This document shows positions 1-9,315 of a stretch of 64,000 nucleotides of DNA, one piece after another. The stretch covers positions 7,769 to 71,768 of the forward strand of contig JBPOJN010000002.1 in assembly GCA_052033505.1 (NCBI GenBank), given 5' to 3'. A program made the position numbers and the translations under genes. The stretch comes from Myxococcota bacterium. Its GTDB lineage: Bacteria > UBA10199 > JACPAL01 > GCA-016699445. A model generated the notes under the pieces. It searched no databases. It was not told where the DNA came from and saw nothing but the letters and a program-made list of their open reading frames with translations. Position 1 is the first letter of the stretch. Each line of letters starts with the position of its first letter.

Positions 1-314
1 GTTTCGGAGAGCATGAGTGCTCCTGGGAGGATATTGTCGGCCGGCACGCGTGCCCCGACCGTCAAAAGCATCCGATCTTTTTTCCGGGGAGGCCTCGCGA
101 ATATTTCGTACGCCAGTCGGTCCAAGTCTCTTGGGACGGCCGTCAGTTCCCGGAGAGCCGTTCCTGCGGGTGCGAGTTGGATGAGACCCGTTCCATCGGC
201 TCTTAGAGGGGGCCCTTCCAGTAGCGACGTCGGAGTGAACGGGGCGATAGCTTTAATCAGCCGCATGCTTCCCATTCGTCGGCGCCACCGGATGGTTGCT
301 CAAAAAGACGCGAC

Positions 315-3300
315 TTAGTCTTTATTTTGGGGTTCCGTTTTGCGGACGGTCAACATCGGTTTCCACAATCCTCCTGAGGAGAAGCAGTCCCAACCCCAGC
401 GCAGCCAGCGGATCAGGGCCATTGCGAGCCATAGGGCCCACGCGAGCATCGTGAGACGATAAGCATAGAGGGGGAGAGACAAAATCACCGGACGCGGTAA
501 CAGGCTGCTGGCGCGGTCTTGGAACCAAATCAGATCTTCGTTGGACGATCCGTTGCCTGTGATCTGCATGTCGGGCAGTCCCAAGAGGCCTTTTTGGATC
601 GAGAACACCAGTACGGACATGGCGCCGATCGTGAGGCCCACGAGGCACAGCTGGATCAAGTCGAAAGCAAAAGGTCCCGCAAAAGGTTGCCGTCGTCGGT
701 AGCCTAAGGCCAAGAGCCATCCCACCACGATGAGCGAAAGCTCCACGGGAATCTGGGTGAGTCCCAATCCTAATAAAAACCACTGATAGGTTTTGATCGT
801 CGTCAGAGGCGTGCGGGCAAGCCCTAAAGACGCCAGGAAAATCACGATCAACGTCGACCAGAAGAGGACGGCGGGACCCAAGCGTGGGCCTTTGACGCAG
901 AGGATCCAGCGTTCCGGATTTTGGAAGCGCACGAGAGAGTTCACGCTGGGAAGACCTAAGTCCACGGCGGAGATTTTGAAGACGGGTTTAATTCCGACCG
1001 GTTCGTTCCAGGTGAGTTGGATCGTTTGCTGTCCAGGCAAGAGGGGAATCGAAACGGAGTCACCGACCTGTCTTATCGGTTGGATCTGATCGTTGATGGA
1101 GACAGATTGAAGTTCGGAGTCCTTTGGAAGCGTGATTGTGTGCTGGCTGCCCAAGGTACTTCTGAGATCAAATTTCAAGACCGACCGGGTTGTCCGCGTA
1201 CCGGGAATGATCGTGAGATCGCTACGGTCTATGGTGGCCGTCGGCCCTTCGATTCCTTGAGGCTTCAGCGCGGAAAGGGTGACTTCTTCTCCTGGCCAAG
1301 GATGCCATTCCGGAATCCAGCGATGATCTTCCGTGGGTTCGTAATGATGAATGGCCGGAATGCCTTCCATTTTAAGATGCCACACGAGACCTGTCTCGAC
1401 GGTCCAGACTTCGGTCCACTGTGTCGTGTCGGGAGCTTTGAGTAAGACGGAAGGCGCTTCGAGGAGAGTCGATTTCCAGGACGTTTCGGAGGATTGAGGA
1501 CCGAGATTGACCATGACCTGCCCATCGGCCACGCGCATTCCGGGCGTCGTGACGGATTCCCCGAGCAGTAAGGGAATTTGCAAGACCACGCCCGTTCCCG
1601 GAGGCGTTAAGCGGACGACACGTGTTTCGACTTCCCAATGGAGTCCCAAGATCAGATGGCGTTCGACGCGCACAAACGATGGAAGAGATTCGATATCGAC
1701 AGAAGGGTTGTTATTGGCCGAGGTGGACGCCGTCTCGGGAGAGGACTGAGAACGAACGAGCCTTAAGTTACTGTCGACCAGTCCATTTTCATGAAGCCCT
1801 TCGAGGGTCCAACCATTTACGCTGGCGGAGACGAAATATGGTTTGGTTGGTAATGGGATTTGTACGGTTCGTTTTTGCGGTAGTGGTCCACTCACAATCA
1901 CTTGGTGAACTCCGGGGGGCAGATCGATCCATAGACGGCCGTCCTCGGTGCGCAGGAGGCCTGCAAACGACGGGTTTCCGTCCAGCATCACATCGCGGGG
2001 CGTCCATTCTTTTAACTGTCCCGGCAGAGAGACGGCGCCCGCCGCTTCCATGTGAACCTCCAGGCGTGCAGTCAATTGCGTGGGGGACACATCCAGCTTC
2101 ATGCGTGAAATTGCGGTGCAGTTCGGGAAGCATTCGGGGTCTTTTAAAAGTCGCGTTTGCAGGGCTTGAATCCAGTCGGGGCTGGGTAATTCAGCTGCCT
2201 GTGCCGGTGCTCCCGGCAGGACACATAGAGATGTAAAAAGTCCGATGAGGATCATTAAGTTTCCACGCGGAGCTAGGCGTTTGAGTCTCTTGGGCCAACG
2301 ACTTTGAGGGAGGTCCAGAACGCACAGCATGAGAAGGCAGATCAGTCCTGTGCGGACAAAAGCCAGGAACATATTGAGCCATGGAGGAATGAAGAAAAGT
2401 TTTAAAGTTTCGCTTTTTTGCACGAGACCCGTCCAGTCGATTTGCACCGTTCGCCAGTCCCACTCGGGAATTCCGGGGCCTGTCTGGAGGCGGGCTTCGG
2501 ATTCGTTTTCGAGGTTTGCGGAGAGTTGATTCGTTTGGCTCTTTAATTTTCCGCGGAGTTTCTTGGAGTTTTCCTTTTTGAGAGAGTTGATCATGTTGTT
2601 GGAGAGGGCCGCTCCTTTGTTGTTATCTTGGTATTGATAGTCCATTTCTCCGGCGTTGACAGGGACGCGCCCCATCTCCGGCTCCGGCACGGCATCGAGG
2701 GATGTTACGCCAGGGTAACGGTATATAGCTGACGGCTGTTGTTTGTGGATATTCCCGCGATCCGAAATAGGATCGAGCGATGGATGTAGGGCGGCACGCA
2801 GATGCCCCACTAAAAACGGCACCGTGACAATGACCAAAGCGAGAAAGGTGGCGATTCGGGAGAGGCGTAAAAAGGATTTGAAGCGGCCTTCGGGGATTAA
2901 TTTCAAGAGTCCTTGAAAAATAGGGAATGAGATCCAGATCCAGACGCTTCCATCCATTTCGGGTACGACCAAGGCCATGGTGAGAAACGCCAAAATGCCC
3001 CATTGAGTTCCCCAGAGTTTGGCGAAGGACAGGGATAAGATCAGCACGAAGAAAATTTCCAGAAGCGTCCAACGATTCAGCCACGTGGACTGCACGCGAT
3101 CCGCCCCGGATGCCGCGAAGAGTCTCCATCCCGGCGGAAGATGCAGGATCTGGCGGACGTTGAGAAAATCATGATTCCAGCCAGTCGCGGAGAGCGTCGT
3201 CTTGCGTTGATCCATCCGGCTTTCGGCGGTGAGATTGAGATACCCCTGTCGCACTTCGAAACCTGTCTTGTCGTCGTCGCCTAGGCTCGTGATGAGTTGA

Positions 3301-4574
3301 TCGTGCCCCTGAGACGCGACGTGCCCCAAGCGCCAAGGAGGATTCATGTCGAGACGTGCACTGCGGACCAAGGTGCCCGAAATTGTATCCCGGATTGTCA
3401 TGCCTTTTCCGTCGAAGTCCAGCCAGAGATCGCGGCGCAAAGAGATCTGATCCGGAGCGGGATCGGAATCTCCACGACGTCGTTCTTCGAGTTGGATCGT
3501 CTCTCCCGCGCGTACGCGATAGGCGGGCCATTGCTTCCACTCAGCGGGAAGCGTCGTTTGAGAGGGGTCCACAGCGGGCGTACCGGAAACTTCGACAAGC
3601 CGCAGGTGATTTTGAGGCTGGAAGGACCAAATTTCTTCCTCCGGCCATGTTAGGTCTTTGTCTTTCTGGATGTCGGGTGCTTTGAGGGAAGTCACGGGTC
3701 CTTGATGTCGGGCGATCAAAGTAATTTCCCAGTCTCCAGGTTTGATCTGGATTTTCAGCGAGCCGTCCTTTTCGATCTGCGTGGGCAAGGGGCTTGCCAG
3801 AGACATGGCTACAAAACCTTCGGGAAGCGGTGAGGGGAGGATCATGTCCCGCGTCTTCCCCGAAGCTTTTAACGTGAGCCGTGTCACCAACTGAAACGGA
3901 ATATCGTCGACGAGCAAGCGATAGGCTTCGAGAGTGACATTATCTTCGCTCAGTGTCGTATCCAAGACGGATCTTTCGCCCTTCATCCAAAGCCGCCCAT
4001 CTTCGTCGCGTTGAATGTCCTCGAGAAGTTTTTCCCGCATTGTGACTTTCACGACGCCGACTTCTGCAGGGATTGAGAGAGACTCAGGCATCGTGTCCCA
4101 GGAAAATCGGCCGGAGACGGTGTATTCGCCTTTCGGAACAAAGGCCTGGGGAACTCCGTTATGTAAAATGACTGCAGAAGAAGATCCGGAAAAAGTGACA
4201 TCGAGAGGCCAATAGTTTTCATCTCCGGGTAACGACACCCATCCGTCGGCATAAAGCCTCGCATGAAAGGAGAAGCTTCCCTTCTTATCCTCCAAATTTA
4301 AAGTCATCGGCGAGGCCCAGTCACATTGCCTCGAAGAGTCACTATTCAAAAAAGGACAGAGCTCTTGTTCGTGTCCATAGAGGGCCCAAGAGATCCAGGG
4401 TTTTAAAGATTCCGGAATAGTATCGGAGGACGACGATCGAAGCGGGTGATTTGATTGAGATTCAGATTTTGAGGAAGAGGGTGGGTTCTCTTTTTTTGCC
4501 GAAACGGCGGATGCATTCTGGGAAAAAAAGGCGAAGAGAATGGTCGTAACGACGGGAAATATTTTCTTTTTCAT
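315..4574 (-). CDS. Very large (1419 aa) signal-peptide-bearing integral membrane protein of unknown function. It has two large extracytoplasmic regions, each followed by a cluster of TM helices (apparent internal duplication).
   Basis: Single uninterrupted 4.26 kb ORF. The N-terminus MKKKIFPVVTTILFAFFSQNASA is a classic signal peptide. Hydrophobic helix clusters lie at about aa 510-600 and aa 740-790, and again at the C-terminus (about aa 1270-1400). Related segments (DGRLWMKGERSV / DGRLWIDLPPGV) occur in both halves. No catalytic motif recognised. Confidence 0.7.
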   Translation of the reverse strand: MKKKIFPVVTTILFAFFSQNASAVSAKKENPPSSSKSESQSNHPLRSSSSDTIPESLKPWISWALYGHEQELCPFLNSDSSRQCDWASPMTLNLEDKKGSFSFHARLYADGWVSLPGDENYWPLDVTFSGSSSAVILHNGVPQAFVPKGEYTVSGRFSWDTMPESLSIPAEVGVVKVTMREKLLEDIQRDEDGRLWMKGERSVLDTTLSEDNVTLEAYRLLVDDIPFQLVTRLTLKASGKTRDMILPSPLPEGFVAMSLASPLPTQIEKDGSLKIQIKPGDWEITLIARHQGPVTSLKAPDIQKDKDLTWPEEEIWSFQPQNHLRLVEVSGTPAVDPSQTTLPAEWKQWPAYRVRAGETIQLEERRRGDSDPAPDQISLRRDLWLDFDGKGMTIRDTISGTLVRSARLDMNPPWRLGHVASQGHDQLITSLGDDDKTGFEVRQGYLNLTAESRMDQRKTTLSATGWNHDFLNVRQILHLPPGWRLFAASGADRVQSTWLNRWTLLEIFFVLILSLSFAKLWGTQWGILAFLTMALVVPEMDGSVWIWISFPIFQGLLKLIPEGRFKSFLRLSRIATFLALVIVTVPFLVGHLRAALHPSLDPISDRGNIHKQQPSAIYRYPGVTSLDAVPEPEMGRVPVNAGEMDYQYQDNNKGAALSNNMINSLKKENSKKLRGKLKSQTNQLSANLENESEARLQTGPGIPEWDWRTVQIDWTGLVQKSETLKLFFIPPWLNMFLAFVRTGLICLLMLCVLDLPQSRWPKRLKRLAPRGNLMILIGLFTSLCVLPGAPAQAAELPSPDWIQALQTRLLKDPECFPNCTAISRMKLDVSPTQLTARLEVHMEAAGAVSLPGQLKEWTPRDVMLDGNPSFAGLLRTEDGRLWIDLPPGVHQVIVSGPLPQKRTVQIPLPTKPYFVSASVNGWTLEGLHENGLVDSNLRLVRSQSSPETASTSANNNPSVDIESLPSFVRVERHLILGLHWEVETRVVRLTPPGTGVVLQIPLLLGESVTTPGMRVADGQVMVNLGPQSSETSWKSTLLEAPSVLLKAPDTTQWTEVWTVETGLVWHLKMEGIPAIHHYEPTEDHRWIPEWHPWPGEEVTLSALKPQGIEGPTATIDRSDLTIIPGTRTTRSVLKFDLRSTLGSQHTITLPKDSELQSVSINDQIQPIRQVGDSVSIPLLPGQQTIQLTWNEPVGIKPVFKISAVDLGLPSVNSLVRFQNPERWILCVKGPRLGPAVLFWSTLIVIFLASLGLARTPLTTIKTYQWFLLGLGLTQIPVELSLIVVGWLLALGYRRRQPFAGPFAFDLIQLCLVGLTIGAMSVLVFSIQKGLLGLPDMQITGNGSSNEDLIWFQDRASSLLPRPVILSLPLYAYRLTMLAWALWLAMALIRWLRWGWDCFSSGGLWKPMLTVRKTEPQNKD

Positions 4575-4619
4575 AGGGGCGCTTGGGTATCATGCCACTT
4601 GGGAAGAAAGTAGGATTTT

Positions 4620-5876
4620 TTAGGTGCATCCCATCCAGGCGCAGTCGGTATCGCTGCAGTCCGCTTGCCCATCGCCGTCGTCGTCGACGTTGCCGTTGCA
4701 GCAGATTTCGCCGCCGGCGCCGCCCGTGGGACAATAGCAAGTGGCACCGCAGTCCGAGTCGCCGCAATCCACCTGGCCGTCGCAATCGTCGTCGACGCCG
4801 TCGACGCAGCCGTTGGGTACACCATCTCCGTAATCACCGTCTTCTGCGCCAATAGGTGTGCATGCCGGCGCGCACTCGAGAGCCCCCGAACAATCATCGG
4901 TGTCGGCGCAGTCTATGACTGTATCGCAATCTTCGTCGATGCCGTCGTTGCAATCTGTTTCCACGAGAGCGCAGCAGTCAGACGGGCAATTAGAGGAATC
5001 TTCCGGTCCCTCGCAGATACTGTCGCCACAAACAGGGGCACAATCCATCGGGCAGGTCGCGTAACTTTCTCCGTTACAGATGGAGTCTCCACAGGAGAGG
5101 GTGGCCGGTATGCATTCGAGAGCAGCCGCGCAATCTGAATCGTCGCAATCGTCAAATCCGTCGCAGTCGTCGTCGATGCTGTCGGCGCAATTTGTTTCGG
5201 AGGCCGCGCACGCCGACCCGCCGCCTCCGTCTTCACCGGTACCCAAAGGACAATCCACGGGGCAATTCGCCAAGGTCTCTCCCGCGTCGCAGTTTTTATT
5301 GCCGCATTGAAGTCCCGAGTCGCAGAAAGTATTGCAGTCGTCGTCCGCGCAGTCAGCGACGCCGTCGGCGTCGTTATCCAATCCGTCGTCACAGACCGAT
5401 TCCGGGGACGGCAGGGAAACTTCCGTTTCCTGAAAATCCACGTTGGAAAAATCCACCGCGCAATCTTCCTGCTGAAGCGAAAGTGTCAGGTTGTCGCAGC
5501 CTTGAAAAGAAATCTGGAAACGCACCAAGCCGTCGGTGGGAGAACAGGGGCTCGAACTGCCGAAGTCCATAGTCAGGAGCTCGGCTGCTTGCTGCCAGCC
5601 GAGATCATAATTCGTAATGCCGCCTTTTTGGGTTTCGAGACGCAGGCTGCCCAAGTGGGATTCCAGTAAGCTTAACGTGATGCGCGCCGAACCCTCGGTA
5701 TAGCCCAAATGCTTGTAAGCATAATAAAGCCCGGCGACGCTGCACTGGGCCTCGGGTCCATTGCCGCCGATCGTCTGCGTGTTTCCCCCGGTCAGACGCA
5801 GGCCGCGCTGACATCCCATGGAGGTCATTAAAAAGAAGGCGGCCCAGAACAATGTTATGAGGCTCTTTTTTATCAC
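4620..5876 (-). CDS. Secreted Cys/Asp-rich repeat lipoprotein (MopE-like / myxococcal-type cysteine-rich repeats, putative metal- or Ca-binding).
   Basis: 418-aa ORF. The N-terminal signal peptide ends in MTSMGC (lipobox-like). The C-terminal two-thirds is built from repeats such as CDDGLDNDADGVADCADDDC, CNDGIDEDCDTVIDCADTDDC and CNGNVDDDGDGQADCSDTDC, i.e. CxDxxDNDCDGxxD-type repeats. There are more than 40 Cys and the protein is strongly acidic. Confidence 0.7.
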   Translation of the reverse strand: MIKKSLITLFWAAFFLMTSMGCQRGLRLTGGNTQTIGGNGPEAQCSVAGLYYAYKHLGYTEGSARITLSLLESHLGSLRLETQKGGITNYDLGWQQAAELLTMDFGSSSPCSPTDGLVRFQISFQGCDNLTLSLQQEDCAVDFSNVDFQETEVSLPSPESVCDDGLDNDADGVADCADDDCNTFCDSGLQCGNKNCDAGETLANCPVDCPLGTGEDGGGGSACAASETNCADSIDDDCDGFDDCDDSDCAAALECIPATLSCGDSICNGESYATCPMDCAPVCGDSICEGPEDSSNCPSDCCALVETDCNDGIDEDCDTVIDCADTDDCSGALECAPACTPIGAEDGDYGDGVPNGCVDGVDDDCDGQVDCGDSDCGATCYCPTGGAGGEICCNGNVDDDGDGQADCSDTDCAWMGCT

Positions 5877-6029
5877 TATGGATAAAAATTACTGCACTCT
5901 GTGTGCCAAAATGATCCAGGGGTACGTTAATATGTTAAGTAATTGATATTTAAATGTTTTTACAAAAATATTAGGGAGTGTTTTTAAAAATGTGGTTAAA
6001 TTCAACTCAGTTAAGAGGGTTTTTGGCGG
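5877..6029. promoter_or_regulatory. AT-rich intergenic region (likely promoter for the 4620-5876 gene).
   Basis: 153 nt of roughly 30% GC (…tatttaaatgtttttacaaaaatattagggagtgtttttaaaaatgtgg…) in an otherwise ~60% GC context. It lies directly upstream of a minus-strand start codon. Confidence 0.4.
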
Positions 6030-7082
6030 TCAATTGGGAAGCATAAAGCTGCGTCCCATGAGTCTTAAATGTAGGGCCCAGGCCAAGATCTCTTCATGGG
6101 GAAGGCGGGTCCATTGGTAGACGTTATCGAGGAAGCTTTTTCGGGTACATTGCGATCCCAGTTTGTTTTTGGCGCCTTGGAAGATTTTTTCGATCTTCGA
6201 CAGGATGACCATCGTGAAAAAGTTGTTTTTATCGTCTAATTTTAAATTCTTAAATTGATCGAGTAGCTTCTTGTCCAATCCCTCTCCATGAGTTTGCGCT
6301 TCGGTAAGCCATGTTTGAAAAACATCTTCTTTAGTCCCTAACGCGTTCAGGATCCACAGGCGGAGCGAATCCGGATCTTTCAGAGACAGGGTGCCGTCCT
6401 TGGATTTAGGAGCGGCCGCCAAGATCAGGTTTTCGATCCGGCGACGCAATTGAGTCCCTTGAGAGGCGTTGTCCCCGCGCACGACTGTCTTGAAAACCCG
6501 GTGCATACAGGCTTTTTCGAATCCCTCGCCTTGCCTGACGCTGGGATGCTTGGGGCATTCTTTCAGGTGCTGCGCGGGAGTTTTTGCGAAAATCGGTTTT
6601 CGCGGATCTTCCCAAATGTATTTTCCGAAACGTCTGGCGAAATTTTCGTGATCACCCTGACCAAGGATGTCCGTCCCCATTTTTTCTTGGGTAGGTTCCA
6701 GGCGATCGAGAAGTTCTCCAAGCGTGATCTCCGCGATGACCGCGCCGGCGCCTTCGAGCATGGCGGCGATCTGGCGGCAGATGCCGGCCTGAACCTGCCT
6801 TGTGGTCGGCGTATGAAGATAGGCGAGAAATGCGGGATACAAGGGGTCTCCCACGAATTCTCCGACGGTCCTATGCGAAGGCAGAACCTTCGCCGCGCGG
6901 GGAGTGGTGCTATTGGTGCTCCGTACGAGTGCCAGTATTTCCTTCGAACGTTGGTGCAGGTCTTTCGCGAGGTCCGCAAGTTTCTGTTCGCGCCTTGTTC
7001 CGTCGCCTAGGGCAAGAGTTCGCAAAATTCGGTGAGCGAGGGATTGCGTCGGAATGGGCGCCGTAAAGCCATGGATGGTCAT
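6030..7082 (-). CDS. Hypothetical cytoplasmic protein (350 aa).
   Basis: Long ORF with coding-like composition, no signal peptide and no recognised motif. It sits in the same orientation between the Cys-rich lipoprotein and the lyase genes. Confidence 0.5.
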   Translation of the reverse strand: MTIHGFTAPIPTQSLAHRILRTLALGDGTRREQKLADLAKDLHQRSKEILALVRSTNSTTPRAAKVLPSHRTVGEFVGDPLYPAFLAYLHTPTTRQVQAGICRQIAAMLEGAGAVIAEITLGELLDRLEPTQEKMGTDILGQGDHENFARRFGKYIWEDPRKPIFAKTPAQHLKECPKHPSVRQGEGFEKACMHRVFKTVVRGDNASQGTQLRRRIENLILAAAPKSKDGTLSLKDPDSLRLWILNALGTKEDVFQTWLTEAQTHGEGLDKKLLDQFKNLKLDDKNNFFTMVILSKIEKIFQGAKNKLGSQCTRKSFLDNVYQWTRLPHEEILAWALHLRLMGRSFMLPN

Positions 7083-7143
7083 GACCGGGCTTATCGCGGA
7101 GCATATTTATTAGTTTCCGAATTTTTTAAGATTTCAAAAGCCG

Positions 7144-9240
7144 TCAGAACTCTTCGGGTAGCGCGTGCACCGTGTGCGTGAGATCCGTGTCCACGCCGCC
7201 GCCAGAGCCACCGGTGATGGTCAGGTGGCCGGCCGTGCCGTTGGTCGCGGTGGAAAATCGAACCGTCGCGGTGCGGCCGTCGGCTAGCGCGATGCTGGTG
7301 CCGACCAAGCCTCCGGCATCCGACCGCGTGGCGGAGGTCACGGCGGTGTTCATCCAGATCACGTGCAGGAATTGATTGTTGCCGCCTCCGGCGATCGTTT
7401 CGTCGAGCCGGTGTCCGTCGTCGAAGCCTTCCGCCGTCCAGTGAAACACGCTCGTGGAGGACACCGAGGCTGGTATGACTCGTTCGACACGCATCGTGTT
7501 CGTCGAGCCGGTGAACGTGCTGCGGGTGCCTACGACCGTGGGGTTGAAGGGGGAATTGAGCTGCCAGACCTGGTCGGTGCCCGCGTCGGAATTCACGCGG
7601 TCGAAGACGATGACGACGTCGGGCTCGACGTAGACCAGCTCCCTCTGAACGCTGGTGAGATCCGACGGGTATTGTTCCTCGCGGTAGGTATAGACGGGGG
7701 TGATGTCCGCGGCGACGTGGAACCAATTTTCGCCGTTCGCCAATGCGCCTTGCGTGACCGCCGTAACTTCCGAGACGCCGCCTTCCCATTGACGGACGAC
7801 TTCGTCGTCGGAGCGCACGATCTTGACGAGGTTGTGCAGCGGCACCTCTTGTTCGATGCCGGAATGCGAATGGTAGTTCGGATCGTAGGCGAGCCATTCG
7901 TCTTTGTAGATAAGGAACGACCCCTGGTCCTGATGAGCGTGTGATTCCGTGTAAGGGCCGGCGGAGAATTGAACCCACGTCGCGTCCGTATCCCAATCCG
8001 AGCGCAAGTAGGTCTGGCCCGTCCCCGAAGCGTAATACGCCGTGTTCAAACCGTCGAGCGGCTCCGGCGTAACCGCGTCGGACTTCGCGTAGAGGAAGTC
8101 GTGGATGAACATGAATGCGCTACTCATCTCCGGCAGCGAACTGTGCTCGATGAGCCAGTAACCGCGCGCAGCGAGCGGGTCGTCTCCCAGGAGATAAGCG
8201 AGTGTCTGGATGTAATGGCGATGGTAATCGAAGAACGCCGCGGTCTGATCGCGCGCATGGTCGCCGGTGAGCGAGATGCGGTCGCGCGTGGGTACGACCA
8301 TGTGGATCATGTTCAGGAGGGAAGACCGCGTGTGGGACGTGAGCTGAGAGATGTCCTCTCCGGTCGAGCTCTTCCAGAAATCATAAATTTCGAAGAGATT
8401 CATCATCGCGGTGCCGTAGCCGGCGCCCTCGCGCGAGCCGCCGCCGATCAGGTCTTCGTTGAATGTCGGGACCAATTGATCGCCGATCTTGTCATCCCTG
8501 AATTTATCGATCCATTTATCCGCCTCACTGTACTCGCCGTGCGCCGCGAGGCCTAGAAGCATTGTCGCGCGTAGGAAGGAATAATAATAATTGTTCACGG
8601 GATTGTCGATCGACCAGCCCGACCAAGATTGGGGCGTACCGGTCCAGCTTTGCGATCCGGCGTCCCAAGCTCCGCCCCAAGTTGCATCGTCGGGATTCCA
8701 GACATTCCAGACCGCATGATCGGCATACGCGAGCCAGCGCGTCTTCATGTCTTCGGTTAGGTCCGGATGGTCGAAGCACCAGTCGTAGGTGAGTAGTACG
8801 TCCGCGAGGTAGAAGCCGACCTCAAGGTACGAATCGCCCGCGATGACGGGTGTATCGGGCATCAGGGCCTCTTCGGAGGAGACGAAATCGTCCATGTGGC
8901 GGATCGCTACGCGGCAGTATTCGGAATCGCCGCTCAGTTGAGCCATCAGCGCGAAATACCAAATGTGAAAACCGGAACTCATCAAGTCGTCGAAGTCGGA
9001 GTCTACGCGGTTGTTCAGGTCGTTTACGAAGCGCGTCGCCGCGGGATCTTCGGCCGCGATCAGGGCCTGCAGGCGGGATTTATTTTCCGTGACGTAGATG
9101 CGTGGATGATCCTCTGCGAAAACTGGTGTGCCGATGCCGCCGCCGTTCGAGTTTCCGTTCGAAGAGCTCGTCGACGAACAGGCGGCCAAAGCGGAAGCGA
9201 GAACGAAGAGCAACGGTGCGAGAGCGCGGCGGCATTTCAT
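7144..9240 (-). CDS. Heparinase II/III-like polysaccharide lyase family lipoprotein (alginate/heparin-lyase-like, alpha/alpha toroid plus beta-sandwich).
   Basis: Signal peptide plus lipobox (LASALAACSS). Contains WNVWNPDD…WSGWSIDNPVNNYYYSFLRATMLLGLAA and the C-terminal ESHAHQDQGSFLIY motif (H-x-H-x-D…GSF), which is characteristic of the heparinase II/III-like C-terminal domain. Confidence 0.75.
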   Translation of the reverse strand: MKCRRALAPLLFVLASALAACSSTSSSNGNSNGGGIGTPVFAEDHPRIYVTENKSRLQALIAAEDPAATRFVNDLNNRVDSDFDDLMSSGFHIWYFALMAQLSGDSEYCRVAIRHMDDFVSSEEALMPDTPVIAGDSYLEVGFYLADVLLTYDWCFDHPDLTEDMKTRWLAYADHAVWNVWNPDDATWGGAWDAGSQSWTGTPQSWSGWSIDNPVNNYYYSFLRATMLLGLAAHGEYSEADKWIDKFRDDKIGDQLVPTFNEDLIGGGSREGAGYGTAMMNLFEIYDFWKSSTGEDISQLTSHTRSSLLNMIHMVVPTRDRISLTGDHARDQTAAFFDYHRHYIQTLAYLLGDDPLAARGYWLIEHSSLPEMSSAFMFIHDFLYAKSDAVTPEPLDGLNTAYYASGTGQTYLRSDWDTDATWVQFSAGPYTESHAHQDQGSFLIYKDEWLAYDPNYHSHSGIEQEVPLHNLVKIVRSDDEVVRQWEGGVSEVTAVTQGALANGENWFHVAADITPVYTYREEQYPSDLTSVQRELVYVEPDVVIVFDRVNSDAGTDQVWQLNSPFNPTVVGTRSTFTGSTNTMRVERVIPASVSSTSVFHWTAEGFDDGHRLDETIAGGGNNQFLHVIWMNTAVTSATRSDAGGLVGTSIALADGRTATVRFSTATNGTAGHLTITGGSGGGVDTDLTHTVHALPEEF

Positions 9241-9315
9241 AAGCGTGTCTCCTTTAGAGGGCGATAGGGCGCCGGAGGTTAGCAGAAAAATCGGCGGTAC
9301 GACAAGGGAACGTCT

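Noticed and set aside
13-318. 101-aa + strand ORF at the window start.
   Set aside because: It has a Ser/Arg/Gly-rich low-complexity product and overlaps the stop of the 1419-aa gene. This is most likely non-coding or a shadow; a minus-strand gene running off the window edge cannot be excluded.
7091-7996. 301-aa Arg-rich ORF on the minus strand.
   Set aside because: It lies entirely inside the heparinase-like gene 7144-9240 in another frame. Its composition (R/G/H-rich, low complexity) is typical of an out-of-frame shadow in high-GC DNA.
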